DNA from: Nitrospirota bacterium | Lineage (GTDB): Bacteria > Nitrospirota > UBA9217 | Assembly (NCBI GenBank): GCA_963840455.1 | Contig: CAWIYV010000010.1 | Span: forward strand, 352,001-416,000 | Direction: 5' to 3' | DNA length: 64,000 nt | Shown here: in pieces, positions 46,838 to 55,858 of the stretch | Numbering within the stretch: position 1 is the first letter of the stretch | Layout of the letters: each line of letters begins with the position of its first letter | Program-made: the position numbers and the translations under genes | Notes under the pieces: generated by a model | Told to the model about the DNA's origin: nothing | Database searches by the model: none | What the model saw: the letters and a program-made list of their open reading frames with translations, nothing else

Positions 46838-47536
46838 TTACTTGGTCCCTTCGGCCTTCTTCTCCGTCTTTCCCTCCGGCAGGTTAAGCTGGAGCGTACC
46901 CGACTGCGCCGGCTTGGAAAGATCGCTTGCCAGGGTTTCCAGGGCCTTGTCGTCAACCGTGATCTTTGCTTTTTCCTTGAGCCCCTTGGAGAACTCCAGA
47001 TAGGCTTCGCGTTGCTTCATCTGGAACACATACCGTTTGAGCCCCTGCGCCTCCGCCTGCTTGAGCGTGATGTCCTTGCCGCCGGCGGCCTTTTTGATCT
47101 CGTCGCGGTGGATGTCGTAGTAGGCCTTCACCTCGGCATCGGTGGGCTCTTTGACCTTGTCCATGAGCTCTTTTTTGAGAAGCGCGTTGAAGAGGTCGTT
47201 CTTGGTCGCGTCCTGGAGCCGCTGTTCCAACTCCTTCTTGCGCGCATCCTGCTTCTTCTTGAACTCTGCATCTTTATCGAGCCCCTGCCGTCGTGCCTCC
47301 TGAAGGACCAGTTCGATGCCGATCAGGTCCTCGAGGAACTCCTTCCGCGCCTTGGGATCCGTTGCCACGGCCTGCAGCATCTGGGGCTGCAGCTCGTCGA
47401 GCTGCTTCTTGAAGTCGGCAGACGTGATCTTGGCGTTGTTTACCTTGGCGATGACCGCGCTGTCGGTGCCCTTGGTGCAGCCGGCCAGCGAAAGGGCGAT
47501 GATCGCCACTGCTGCCGCTGTCATTCTGTTCATCAT
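46838..47536 (-). CDS. SurA N-terminal-domain lipoprotein (no parvulin domain seen)
   Basis: Lipobox LAGC, VIAKVNNAKIT, FLEDLI..ELVLQEARRQGLD, PTDAEVKAYYD. Confidence 0.78.
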   Translation of the reverse strand: MMNRMTAAAVAIIALSLAGCTKGTDSAVIAKVNNAKITSADFKKQLDELQPQMLQAVATDPKARKEFLEDLIGIELVLQEARRQGLDKDAEFKKKQDARKKELEQRLQDATKNDLFNALLKKELMDKVKEPTDAEVKAYYDIHRDEIKKAAGGKDITLKQAEAQGLKRYVFQMKQREAYLEFSKGLKEKAKITVDDKALETLASDLSKPAQSGTLQLNLPEGKTEKKAEGTK

Positions 47537-47590
47537 GGAATCCTTCCTCCCGGTGAGAGATTTGACGTTAATTTGTAATTATATAACACA

Positions 47591-50500
47591 CTACCTGAGG
47601 TCGTGCAAGCACTTTTTCACCGCATCTGACGCGGTCCGGAGCGACGAGTCCGGCAGCATGATCTGCAGCGCGTGTTCAGGGATGAGCTTGATCCTTCCCT
47701 TGCTCCGCTTGAGCATCGCCACGACCTTGTCCGGCGCGACGGCCGCGTCCGCAGCGAAGGTGATGGTGACCGCATGAGAGCTCCCGTCGATGCGGCTGAC
47801 GCGGTAACGTTTTGCGACTATCCTGATCCCCATGATCTCGAGCAGGTTCGACGCCGGCTCGGGCAGCGGGCCGTAGCGGTCCCGAAGGTCCGTGGCGATC
47901 TGCCCCAGCGCCTCTTCGTCCTCAACGCTCGAAAGCTCCTTGTAGGCGGCGAGCCGCAAGCTCATGTCCTGGATGTAGGACTCGGGCAGGAACGCGGATG
48001 CGCGCAGGTTGATCTGCGTGTCCGGTTCAGCTGCGATCTCCTCGCCCCGCAGCTCGGCAACGGCCTCCTCCATCATCTGCGTGTAGAGGTCGATGCCCAC
48101 GGCGGCAATGTGGCCTGACTGCTGTTTGCCCAGGAGGTTCCCGGCGCCCCGCGTCTCCAGGTCCTGGGCCGCAATGCGGAACCCGGCGCCGAGCTCCGAC
48201 AGCTCCTGGATGGCGCGGAGCCGGATGCGGGCAACGTCGGACAGCGCCTCCTCCGCGGGCGTCAGGAGATAGGCGAAGGCCTTCTGCCGACTCCGTCCGA
48301 CACGACCCTTGATCTGGTACAGCTCTGCCAGGCCGAATCGGTCTGCGCGGTTGATGATGATGGTGTTCGCGTTCGGGATGTCGATGCCGGATTCGATGAT
48401 CGTGGTCGTGATGAGCACGTTCAGCTCACCGGCAACGAACTTCGCCATCGCCTCCTCGATCTCGCCCTCCTTCATCTGGCCGTGGGCTACACCGATCTTC
48501 GCCTCAGGCACGAGGCCCTGGACATACGCGGCCATGCGCTCTATGCCGGCGACGCGGTTCTGGACGAAGAAGACCTGACCTCCGCGCCCGAGCTCGTGCT
48601 GGATGGCCTCGCGGATCACGCGCTTCCCGAACCGCGCAAGCACGACCTGGATCGCCTGCCGGTCCAGGGGCGGCGTCTGGATGATCGAGAGGTCGCGGAT
48701 GCCGGCGAGGGACATGTGCAGCGTGCGGGGGATTGGCGTCGCCGTGAGCGTCAGCACGTCCACGAGCTTCTTGAACTCCTTGATGCGCTCCTTGTGCTTC
48801 ACGCCGAAGCGGTGCTCCTCGTCGATGACCAGGAGGCCCAGGTTCCGAAATACGACATCCCGCTGCAGCAGCCGGTGGGTGCCGATCACGATGTCCACGG
48901 TGCCGCTCTTCATCCCCTTCAGCGTCTCTTTCTGCTCGGTCTTGGTGCGGAACCGGGACATCATCTCCACGCGGATGGAAAAGGCGGCGAGCCGCTCGGC
49001 AAAGGTGCGGCTGTGCTGATCCGCAAGCAGTGTCGTAGGCACGATCACCGCCACCTGGAACCCGTCCTCCACCGCCTTGAAGGAGGCCCGGAGCGCCACC
49101 TCGGTCTTGCCGAACCCCACATCGCCGCAGACGAGCCGGTCCATGGGCTTTTCCTTCTGCATGTCATTGAGCACGTCCTCGATGGCCTTCTGCTGGTCCG
49201 GCGTTTCCTCGAAGGGGAACGCCGCCTCGAACTCCCGATAGAGGTTGTCCGGCGGGCCGAGCGGCGTCCGGTGCATGGCCTCGCGGGCCGCATAGATCTT
49301 GACCAGCTCCTGCGCCATGGCGAGGATGTCCTTCTTCACCCGCTCCTTGGTCCTTGCCCACGTCGTTGCGCCGAGACGGTCCACCTTGGGCTGCGCCCCT
49401 TCGGCGCCGATGTACTTCTGGACCTTGTCGAGACTGTAGAGCGGAACGTGCAGCTTCGCATCGGGCTCATAGCGGAGTGTCAGGAAGTCGGTCTCGAACC
49501 CGTCCACGCTGATGTGCGAGAGCCCCTGGTACTCGCCGACACCATAGTCCGCGTGGACCACGAAGTCGCCGGGCTTCAGCTCCTTGAAGGACGAGAGGAA
49601 CGGCGCGGTCTTCGTTCTCGTGGCACGCGGGCGGTGGACCTTACTGCCGAAGATCTCCTCATCGGTGATCATGATGAGCGAAAGGTCCTGCCATGCGAAC
49701 CCCGCGGAGAGCCTGCCGGTCATCACCATGACAGGCCAGGGCCCATCGGCCTCCAGGTCGAGGGATGTCCTTCGGGCCATCGGCACGGTGAACTCGGTGA
49801 ACATCCGCATGAGCCGGTCAGCCGCCTCGTCGGTGCCGCAGACGAGCAGCACACGGTTCTTTTCCCTAAGCTTCTTCAGCTTCTCCGCGAGGCCGCCAAC
49901 CGTTCCCTCGGCGTTTTCCGGAACAGACGTCCCGTGGCCAAGGACATGCGTGGACCGGAGCCGCACACCGAGCCAGGCAGCTGACTTGGTATCCATGCGA
50001 AGACCTTGCGTATCAGCGCCGAGCAGACCAAAGTTTACGACCGGGAACTTCGACAGACCAGCCATGATGCCGCCGTGATCGTGATAGAACTCCGCAGTTT
50101 CCGGCAGGGTCCTGCCCTCTTCGGTCTCCTCGCGCCTGCCCTGTTCGATCTTCTCGAACCATTCGTCTGCCTGCTTCTTGATGTCGTCTGGCTCGATCAG
50201 CGCGCACAGGGTCTGTTCAGGCAGATAATGGAACAGGTCTTCCATGGTATAGAAGAAGGGTGCAAGGAACTCGGCGCCAGGAAGGGTACCCTGCCTGATC
50301 TGACCGACTATATCGTTATTGTTTTTTTCTTCTTCTAAGCCGCGCTCATCCGTGGTTACTTCCAACCGCTTCTCAAGCCGCGCGATGCCCCCATCGGTCA
50401 CAATCAGCTCACGCACCGGCAGGGCGACCGCCTGCTTGATCTCTTCAAGAGAACGCTGGGTCTCCAGGTCGAAGGTCCGAAGGGAATCGATGGTGTCGCC

Positions 50501-51103
50501 GAAGAACTCCACGCGGATGGGTGTGTCATGGGCCGGAGAGAAGAAATCGATGATGCCGCCGCGCCTGCTGAACTCGCCGATGCGGGTAACTGTGGGTGAA
50601 TGCTCGTAGCCGCTTGCTGCCAGAGCGCTACTCAGGCCGTCAGGGTCCAGCTGCTGGTCTGTCGAGATGGTCTTGACCGAATCAGCGAAAAGATCCCAGG
50701 GCATGAGCTTCTGGATCAAAGATGCCACAGGGGCAAGATAGATGCAGCTCGTGCCGGAAACAAGATGATAGAGGAACCGCATCCGCTCGCCGACCGTGCT
50801 GCTGTCCGGCGAGTCAGCTTCAAAAGGCAGGACGCCCCAGGCAGGAAAGGTCAGGACGTCCGGTTTGGATGATGTCCCTTCGGGATGGGGAAGAGTTTCT
50901 GCAAAGAACCGGAGGTCATCGGCAAGAGCCGATGATTCTTCTTCGTTCGCGGTAATGATCAGCAGCGGCCTTCCGCTCTCGCGGAAAAGCTGAAACAAAA
51001 AAAGGCCCCGCGAACCGCCCCAGAGTTCGGATATCTCTATGTTTGATGCACCTGATCGGAGCTTTTCGAGCGGCAGACGAAGTATATCGTGAAGCTGTTT
51101 CAT
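47591..51103 (-). CDS. mfd: Transcription-repair coupling factor
   Basis: GEFSRRGGIIDFF, VVHADYGVGEY, FPFEETPDQ, MDRLVCGDVGFGKTEVA, DEEHRFGV, TATPIPRTL, GRVGRS. Confidence 0.97.
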   Translation of the reverse strand: MKQLHDILRLPLEKLRSGASNIEISELWGGSRGLFLFQLFRESGRPLLIITANEEESSALADDLRFFAETLPHPEGTSSKPDVLTFPAWGVLPFEADSPDSSTVGERMRFLYHLVSGTSCIYLAPVASLIQKLMPWDLFADSVKTISTDQQLDPDGLSSALAASGYEHSPTVTRIGEFSRRGGIIDFFSPAHDTPIRVEFFGDTIDSLRTFDLETQRSLEEIKQAVALPVRELIVTDGGIARLEKRLEVTTDERGLEEEKNNNDIVGQIRQGTLPGAEFLAPFFYTMEDLFHYLPEQTLCALIEPDDIKKQADEWFEKIEQGRREETEEGRTLPETAEFYHDHGGIMAGLSKFPVVNFGLLGADTQGLRMDTKSAAWLGVRLRSTHVLGHGTSVPENAEGTVGGLAEKLKKLREKNRVLLVCGTDEAADRLMRMFTEFTVPMARRTSLDLEADGPWPVMVMTGRLSAGFAWQDLSLIMITDEEIFGSKVHRPRATRTKTAPFLSSFKELKPGDFVVHADYGVGEYQGLSHISVDGFETDFLTLRYEPDAKLHVPLYSLDKVQKYIGAEGAQPKVDRLGATTWARTKERVKKDILAMAQELVKIYAAREAMHRTPLGPPDNLYREFEAAFPFEETPDQQKAIEDVLNDMQKEKPMDRLVCGDVGFGKTEVALRASFKAVEDGFQVAVIVPTTLLADQHSRTFAERLAAFSIRVEMMSRFRTKTEQKETLKGMKSGTVDIVIGTHRLLQRDVVFRNLGLLVIDEEHRFGVKHKERIKEFKKLVDVLTLTATPIPRTLHMSLAGIRDLSIIQTPPLDRQAIQVVLARFGKRVIREAIQHELGRGGQVFFVQNRVAGIERMAAYVQGLVPEAKIGVAHGQMKEGEIEEAMAKFVAGELNVLITTTIIESGIDIPNANTIIINRADRFGLAELYQIKGRVGRSRQKAFAYLLTPAEEALSDVARIRLRAIQELSELGAGFRIAAQDLETRGAGNLLGKQQSGHIAAVGIDLYTQMMEEAVAELRGEEIAAEPDTQINLRASAFLPESYIQDMSLRLAAYKELSSVEDEEALGQIATDLRDRYGPLPEPASNLLEIMGIRIVAKRYRVSRIDGSSHAVTITFAADAAVAPDKVVAMLKRSKGRIKLIPEHALQIMLPDSSLRTASDAVKKCLHDLR

Positions 51104-51198
51104 TCCGGAAGAACTATAACACGGCGGGATGGGCTATGCAACACGTGGTACTGCAAGTTCGAAGTGGTTCGAGATAAAAAATAGGAACTGTACTTAAC

Positions 51199-51232
51199 AA
51201 AAAAGGCGGCGGGGATGTTCCCCGCCGCCTTT
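51199..51232 (-). terminator. Intrinsic terminator after the small membrane protein pair
   Basis: Plus strand AAAAAAGGCGGCGGGGA-TGT-TCCCCGCCGCCTTT, giving a U-tract on the minus strand. Confidence 0.8.
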
Positions 51233-51280
51233 CCATTGTCTTCCTATCTTCCGACTTCTTGCTTCTGGCTCCTGCTTTTC

Positions 51281-51595
51281 CTATGCCTTCGCCGAAGCCT
51301 TCGCTTCCTTCATCACCTTCGGGGCCGATACCACGAAGCCCAGCGCTGTCCCGATCAGACCGCCCGTGATGATGTGCACCGTGGCCGAAGCCGCGATTCC
51401 AACGCCGATGCCGACCACGATGGCCGCCCGCACGAAGAGGGTCGGCTCAACCGTCCCGCCCATCAGCTTCTGCAGGATGAACAGGGTCCCGTAGCTCCCG
51501 AAGTAGAAGCCCGCCATCACCCCGAATACCAGGAACAGAATGCCGCCAACCACCGCTCCGATCTTCATGCCCGTCTTTACTGTTTCGTTCTTCAT
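51281..51595 (-). CDS. Small glycine-rich membrane protein, unknown function
   Basis: AAGGAG RBS; hydrophobic helices with GxxxG spacing; similar to the upstream neighbour. Confidence 0.8.
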   Translation of the reverse strand: MKNETVKTGMKIGAVVGGILFLVFGVMAGFYFGSYGTLFILQKLMGGTVEPTLFVRAAIVVGIGVGIAASATVHIITGGLIGTALGFVVSAPKVMKEAKASAKA

Positions 51596-51675
51596 TGCCG
51601 TATCTCCTTTTCTAAGGTTTTATAGTATCATTCTCGCTTCTTGTTTGCTGTTGTCTTTCCTCTGACTCCTGACTT

Positions 51676-51993
51676 TTACTTATGCGCCGCCGCTTCCTTC
51701 TGGTCTTCCCGCGCTGCCGAACCCTCAAGCAGCCTGCCTGCCAGCCAGCCCACCGTGGTGGTCGCTGTCACGATCACGATGCCCGAGACCAGCACGCCCA
51801 CCAGCATGGACACCAGCACGATGGCCCGGGAGATGAGGCCCGGCTCGAGCGGAAGTCCGAACATCCAGCCGGCGATATTGATGCCCATGGCGCCGCCCAG
51901 AAGGCTGCCCGGGAGAAGTCCGAAGATGGCGAAGAGCACCAGTCCTGCTCCTGCTCCAATGTAAGCACCTTTTTTTGCGATTGAGTTCTTCAT
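51676..51993 (-). CDS. Small glycine-rich membrane protein, unknown function
   Basis: AAGGAGG RBS; GAYIGAGAGLVLFAIFGLLPGSLLGGAMG. Confidence 0.85.
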   Translation of the reverse strand: MKNSIAKKGAYIGAGAGLVLFAIFGLLPGSLLGGAMGINIAGWMFGLPLEPGLISRAIVLVSMLVGVLVSGIVIVTATTTVGWLAGRLLEGSAAREDQKEAAAHK

Positions 51994-52033
51994 GTTCGTT
52001 ACCTCCTTTTTTCGTTCGCTTCTGCCCTATATA

Positions 52034-52050
52034 TTGCAGACCTTATGCCA
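52034..52050 (-). promoter_or_regulatory. Sigma-54 (-24/-12) promoter
   Basis: Minus strand TGGCAT-AAGGT-CTGCAA (GG-N10-GC), 40 nt upstream of ATG 51993. Confidence 0.75.
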
Positions 52051-52261
52051 AAATGTAAGTGCCTGAAAATATAGAATACACCCTCCTATTCTTCTTTGCA
52101 ATGTTGAGAATGACCGCTGTTTTTTGGAGGGAATGCAAATAACCTTGTCTTTCAGAGAGCGGGCCTTACCTATCTATATATATGAAACTGACCGGCTGGA
52201 CAGTGGACCGACCGGGGTCGGGTCCACCGGGCATCATGGTCTGATAATGCCCGTTTTTCCC

Positions 52262-52289
52262 TTGACTTATTTATGGTTTCGATTATAAT
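52262..52289 (+). promoter_or_regulatory. Sigma-70 promoter of the rpmH operon
   Basis: TTGACT-N16-TATAAT. Confidence 0.7.
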
Positions 52290-52323
52290 ACGCCCCTATC
52301 CAAAATCTTCAAGGAGCAGGGAA

Positions 52324-52461
52324 ATGTCTGAAACTACAGCACAAAAAAGCAATCTCAAGCAAAAGCGCCTGCAGGGTTTCCGCAAGCGGATGAGCACTGC
52401 CGGTGGCAGGAAGGCCATCAGCCGCCGGAGAGCCAAGGGAAGAGCGCGCCTCTCCGTCTAA
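52324..52461 (+). CDS. rpmH: 50S ribosomal protein L34 (divergent N-terminus)
   Basis: [37 protein letters not shown]; position before rnpA-yidD-yidC. Confidence 0.92.
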   Translation: MSETTAQKSNLKQKRLQGFRKRMSTAGGRKAISRRRAKGRARLSV

Positions 52462-52480
52462 CCGGGCAACGCATTCTCCC

Positions 52481-52849
52481 ATGCCGTACGCATACCGCAA
52501 AAGCGAGCGCATACGGAAGAACACAGAGTTCGTAGCGACGATGAAGGGGAAAAGGCTGTCAACTGACGGTCTTTCTCTTTTTTATAGGAAGAACGACACG
52601 GGTAATTTCCGCGTCGGCATTTCGGTCAGCAAGAAGCTGGCGAACGCGGTCAGGCGGAACCGGCTCCGGCGGCAGATCAGAAGCTGCATTACGAAGGCCC
52701 TCGGCCGGATCGCAGCAGGGTATGACCTGGTCTTCATGGCCCGGCAGGGTCTTGCGGACCGCGAGTTCGATCAGATCCTGAAGGCCGTCACGCAGGTCCT
52801 CCAGAGATCCGCCATCATCGGCTCGAAAGCAGAAGGCGGCCAGCAGTGA
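52481..52849 (+). CDS. rnpA: Ribonuclease P protein component
   Basis: ERIRKNTEF, RVGISVSKK..NAVRRNRLRR (RNR motif), YDLVF.AR. Confidence 0.93.
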   Translation: MPYAYRKSERIRKNTEFVATMKGKRLSTDGLSLFYRKNDTGNFRVGISVSKKLANAVRRNRLRRQIRSCITKALGRIAAGYDLVFMARQGLADREFDQILKAVTQVLQRSAIIGSKAEGGQQ

Positions 52850-53055
52850 AGACGCTCATACTCTTTTTCCTCCGGCTGTATAAGCGGTACGTCTCCCCCC
52901 TGTTTCCGCCGGCCTGCCGTTTCGTCCCTACCTGTTCCGAATACGCCATCGAAGCATTCGAGAAGAAGAAGACCCTCACCGCCATCGGAATGACGGTGGT
53001 GCGCATCGCCAAATGTCATCCCTTCCATCCCGGCGGTTACGACCCGGTGAAATGA
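52846..53055 (+). CDS. yidD: Membrane protein insertion efficiency factor
   Basis: SPLFPPACRFVPTCSEYA, RIAKCHPFHPGGYDPV. Confidence 0.95.
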   Translation: MKTLILFFLRLYKRYVSPLFPPACRFVPTCSEYAIEAFEKKKTLTAIGMTVVRIAKCHPFHPGGYDPVK

Positions 53056-53067
53056 TTCGGAGGATCC

Positions 53068-54735
53068 ATGGAAACTCGTAGGTATATCTTGGCCATCGGC
53101 CTGTCAATGCTCGTCCTGGTCGTCTATCTTCGCTTCTTCGGGCCCTCGCCCGTCGAGCAGGCGCCTCCGCAGCCGCAGACCGCGCAAAGCGAGGCCGCTG
53201 CGGAGAAGGCCCCGGCGCCCAAGCCGCAGCCGGCGGTAGTGGCCAAGTCCATAGCCGTGGCAGCCAGGGGCAGGGACATCGTCATCGAGACCGACGTGGT
53301 CAAGGCCGTCGTGAACACCGCGGGCGGGGTAATCACGAAATGGGAACTTAAGAACTACCTTGAGGCCGACAAGGAAGAGGTCGGCTTCATGGTCCTCATG
53401 AAGAGGATCTTCGGCGGCGAGAAGAAGGTAGAAAAGCCGAAGCGAGCCCTCGGGAACGTCGAGCTCTTCACACGGTATGAAGGCGTGAAGCCGGAGGACC
53501 TGGTCGCGCCGCTCACGGTGACGCCCGTCGAGAAGGAGCTGCGGAACCTGACTGCCGTGGAGTTCCGGCCGAACGTGGACAGCATCCGCCTGGACAAGGA
53601 CCGGAAGTCCCAGACCCTCGTCCTTACCTACACAGGGCCGGCCGGAATCGCGGTCGAGAAAAAGCTTACGTTCTACCATGATGAGTACAAGGTGGACGTG
53701 GCGATCAGTACCAAGGGCCTCGATGGTTATGCTTTGGCGCTCGGCACTGACTTCGGACTGTCGGACAAGACCAGCTCGAACGCCAGCGGTCGTGTGGGCG
53801 TCGCGGCGCTCGTGGACGGGAAGACCGTGATAGAAAAGACCGACAGCATCAAGGTGGAGCTGCAGCAGGCCGGAACGATCGGCTGGTTCGGGCAGGAGGA
53901 CAAGTACTTCACGGCAGCGCTGCTCTACGGCGGACCGGGGATCATCACGACGAAGAAGACCGCTGCGCCGAAGGAGATCGGCGACCTGCTGAGCACCGAG
54001 CTTCTGGTCAAGGACAAGCCGGAATCGCGCACGCTCACGCTCTACGCCGGCCCCAAGAGCCTCCACCTCCTCCAGGCCTACGGCAAAGGCCTCGAGCAGA
54101 TGGTCGACTACGGGTGGTTCGGCATCCTGGCCAAGCCCATGTTCTGGCTCATGGAGCAGTTCTTCTACATCACGAGGAATTACGGCATCGCTATCATCCT
54201 CCTCACCATCGTGGTGCGCATCCTGCTCTTCTACCCCTCCCTTAAGAGCGCCACGGCCATGGAGGAGATGAAGGCGCTCCAGCCGCAGATGACCGCGCTT
54301 AGGGAGAAGTACAAGAAGGACCCGCAAAAGCTGAACGCGGAAATGATGCGGCTCTACAAGGAGCACAAGGTGAACCCGCTTGGCGGCTGCCTCCCCATGC
54401 TCTTGCAGCTGCCGTTCTTCGTGGCCCTCTACAACGTGCTGAGCGTGTCCATCGAGCTGCGGCAGGCCTCGTTCATCCCCTTCTGGATCAAGGACCTCTC
54501 GGTCCACGACCCCTTCTACATCCTGCCGGTGCTCATGGGCGTCAGCATGGTCTTTACCATGAAGATGACCTCCACCTCCGTGGACCCGCAGCAGCAGAAG
54601 ATGATGATGTACATGAACCTCGCCTTTATCTTCCTGTTCGCCTGGCTGCCGGCCGGGCTTCTGCTCTACATCACGCTGTCCAACGTGCTGTCCATCGTGC
54701 AGCAGCTGTACGTGAGGAAGCTCCTGGCGAAGTAG
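53068..54735 (+). CDS. yidC: Membrane protein insertase
   Basis: YAGPK, DYGWF, NYGIAIILLT, VNPLGGCLPMLLQLP, WIKDLS..DPFYILP, PAGLLLY. Confidence 0.97.
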   Translation: METRRYILAIGLSMLVLVVYLRFFGPSPVEQAPPQPQTAQSEAAAEKAPAPKPQPAVVAKSIAVAARGRDIVIETDVVKAVVNTAGGVITKWELKNYLEADKEEVGFMVLMKRIFGGEKKVEKPKRALGNVELFTRYEGVKPEDLVAPLTVTPVEKELRNLTAVEFRPNVDSIRLDKDRKSQTLVLTYTGPAGIAVEKKLTFYHDEYKVDVAISTKGLDGYALALGTDFGLSDKTSSNASGRVGVAALVDGKTVIEKTDSIKVELQQAGTIGWFGQEDKYFTAALLYGGPGIITTKKTAAPKEIGDLLSTELLVKDKPESRTLTLYAGPKSLHLLQAYGKGLEQMVDYGWFGILAKPMFWLMEQFFYITRNYGIAIILLTIVVRILLFYPSLKSATAMEEMKALQPQMTALREKYKKDPQKLNAEMMRLYKEHKVNPLGGCLPMLLQLPFFVALYNVLSVSIELRQASFIPFWIKDLSVHDPFYILPVLMGVSMVFTMKMTSTSVDPQQQKMMMYMNLAFIFLFAWLPAGLLLYITLSNVLSIVQQLYVRKLLAK

Positions 54736-54765
54736 GCTGAGACTCTAAGCCTGAGACAAAAGCAG

Positions 54766-54801
54766 AGGCCTCCGGGGAAAAATCCGGAGGCCTTTTTTTT
54801 T
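54766..54801 (+). terminator. Intrinsic terminator after yidC
   Basis: AGGCCTCCGG-loop-CCGGAGGCCT followed by a long T run. Confidence 0.85.
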
Positions 54802-55213
54802 GAAGTTCCAGATCATTTTTTTGGGCAGGCCGGTGCAGGGGTGAGTCAAAATCTAATGCCGATCGCTCGTTCGAGTTTGGGGTTAGCTGTGCGAAAATCC
54901 AGGCAGGCGACCGAGTTCGAGGGTTAAACAATTCGGATGTCTGAGCCCGTAGGGCGAATTTCCGAAATGTAGCGAGGACGACCGAACATCCGTGAAGGAT
55001 TTTTTTACTGGGTACCCTTCTGTGGAGGTCCTTAGCCGAGTCGGAGGCTCTCAAGACAGCGACCTCACGCGGCTGACGCATCCCCGGGCTCAGCCCGGGA
55101 TCACCTGTCGCAGGGATTGGGTCACTTTCTCGGGCACGCAAGAAAGGTGATAAAGGGCGGTGGCCGAGATGCCGGAAAATATTCTCATGGCTGTGGTTTT
55201 CATCGACTTTCCG

Positions 55214-55846
55214 CTATTTCTTCTCTCCCCGCACCACCACGAACGACCCCTTGCCGTGCCCTTCCTTCACCGGCTCGACCTCGACCATCTCCGACAGCGG
55301 GCGGAACAGGGTCTGGCGGAATGCAAGCTTATCGCAGCCGGCAAGCTGAATATGCGTAACGATATCATCTGCTGAATAGAACGTGGCATGCTGGTAGAAC
55401 TCGCTCTTGTCCTTTCTCGTGTGGTATTCCCTTCCCAAAGGGCTGTCCCGGTCCACGAAGCCGATCACGAGCGAACCGCCCGGCTTGAGAACCCGATGGG
55501 CCTCACGGAATGCCATTTCCATGTCGTCGAGGAAGCAGACTGTGGTGACCATGAGCACGAAGTCGAACTCTCCGTCCTTGAACGGAAGATGCTCGGCGAC
55601 ACCGTAAATGACCTCGATGCCCTTTTTCCTCGCCAGCTCTGCCATGGACCGCGAAGGCTCGATCCCCTTGGTGATGCCCAGCGGCGCGGCGAACCGGCCG
55701 GTGCCAATGCCGAGCTCGATCCCATTGCCCTTCGCGGGCAGCAGCTCGCGAACGGCGCGAAGCTCGGAAACGTAGGCCAGCGGGTTGTCCACGAACCACT
55801 GTTCATACTGGTCCACATTCTTGTCAAAGGTGTTCACGCCGGGCAT
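55214..55846 (-). CDS. Class I SAM-dependent methyltransferase
   Basis: IELGIGTGRF, GIEPS, AEHLPF, FDFVLMVTTVCF, RVLKPGG. Start set at ATG 55846 because the longer start lies inside repeat copy C. Confidence 0.9.
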   Translation of the reverse strand: MPGVNTFDKNVDQYEQWFVDNPLAYVSELRAVRELLPAKGNGIELGIGTGRFAAPLGITKGIEPSRSMAELARKKGIEVIYGVAEHLPFKDGEFDFVLMVTTVCFLDDMEMAFREAHRVLKPGGSLVIGFVDRDSPLGREYHTRKDKSEFYQHATFYSADDIVTHIQLAGCDKLAFRQTLFRPLSEMVEVEPVKEGHGKGSFVVVRGEKK

Positions 55847-55858
55847 AGCGTATCGCTC

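Noticed and set aside
54938-54962. Hammerhead ribozyme core (CTGA...GAA)
   Set aside because: Lacks the full CUGAnGA and GAAA core, and no stem III with an NUH site is evident.
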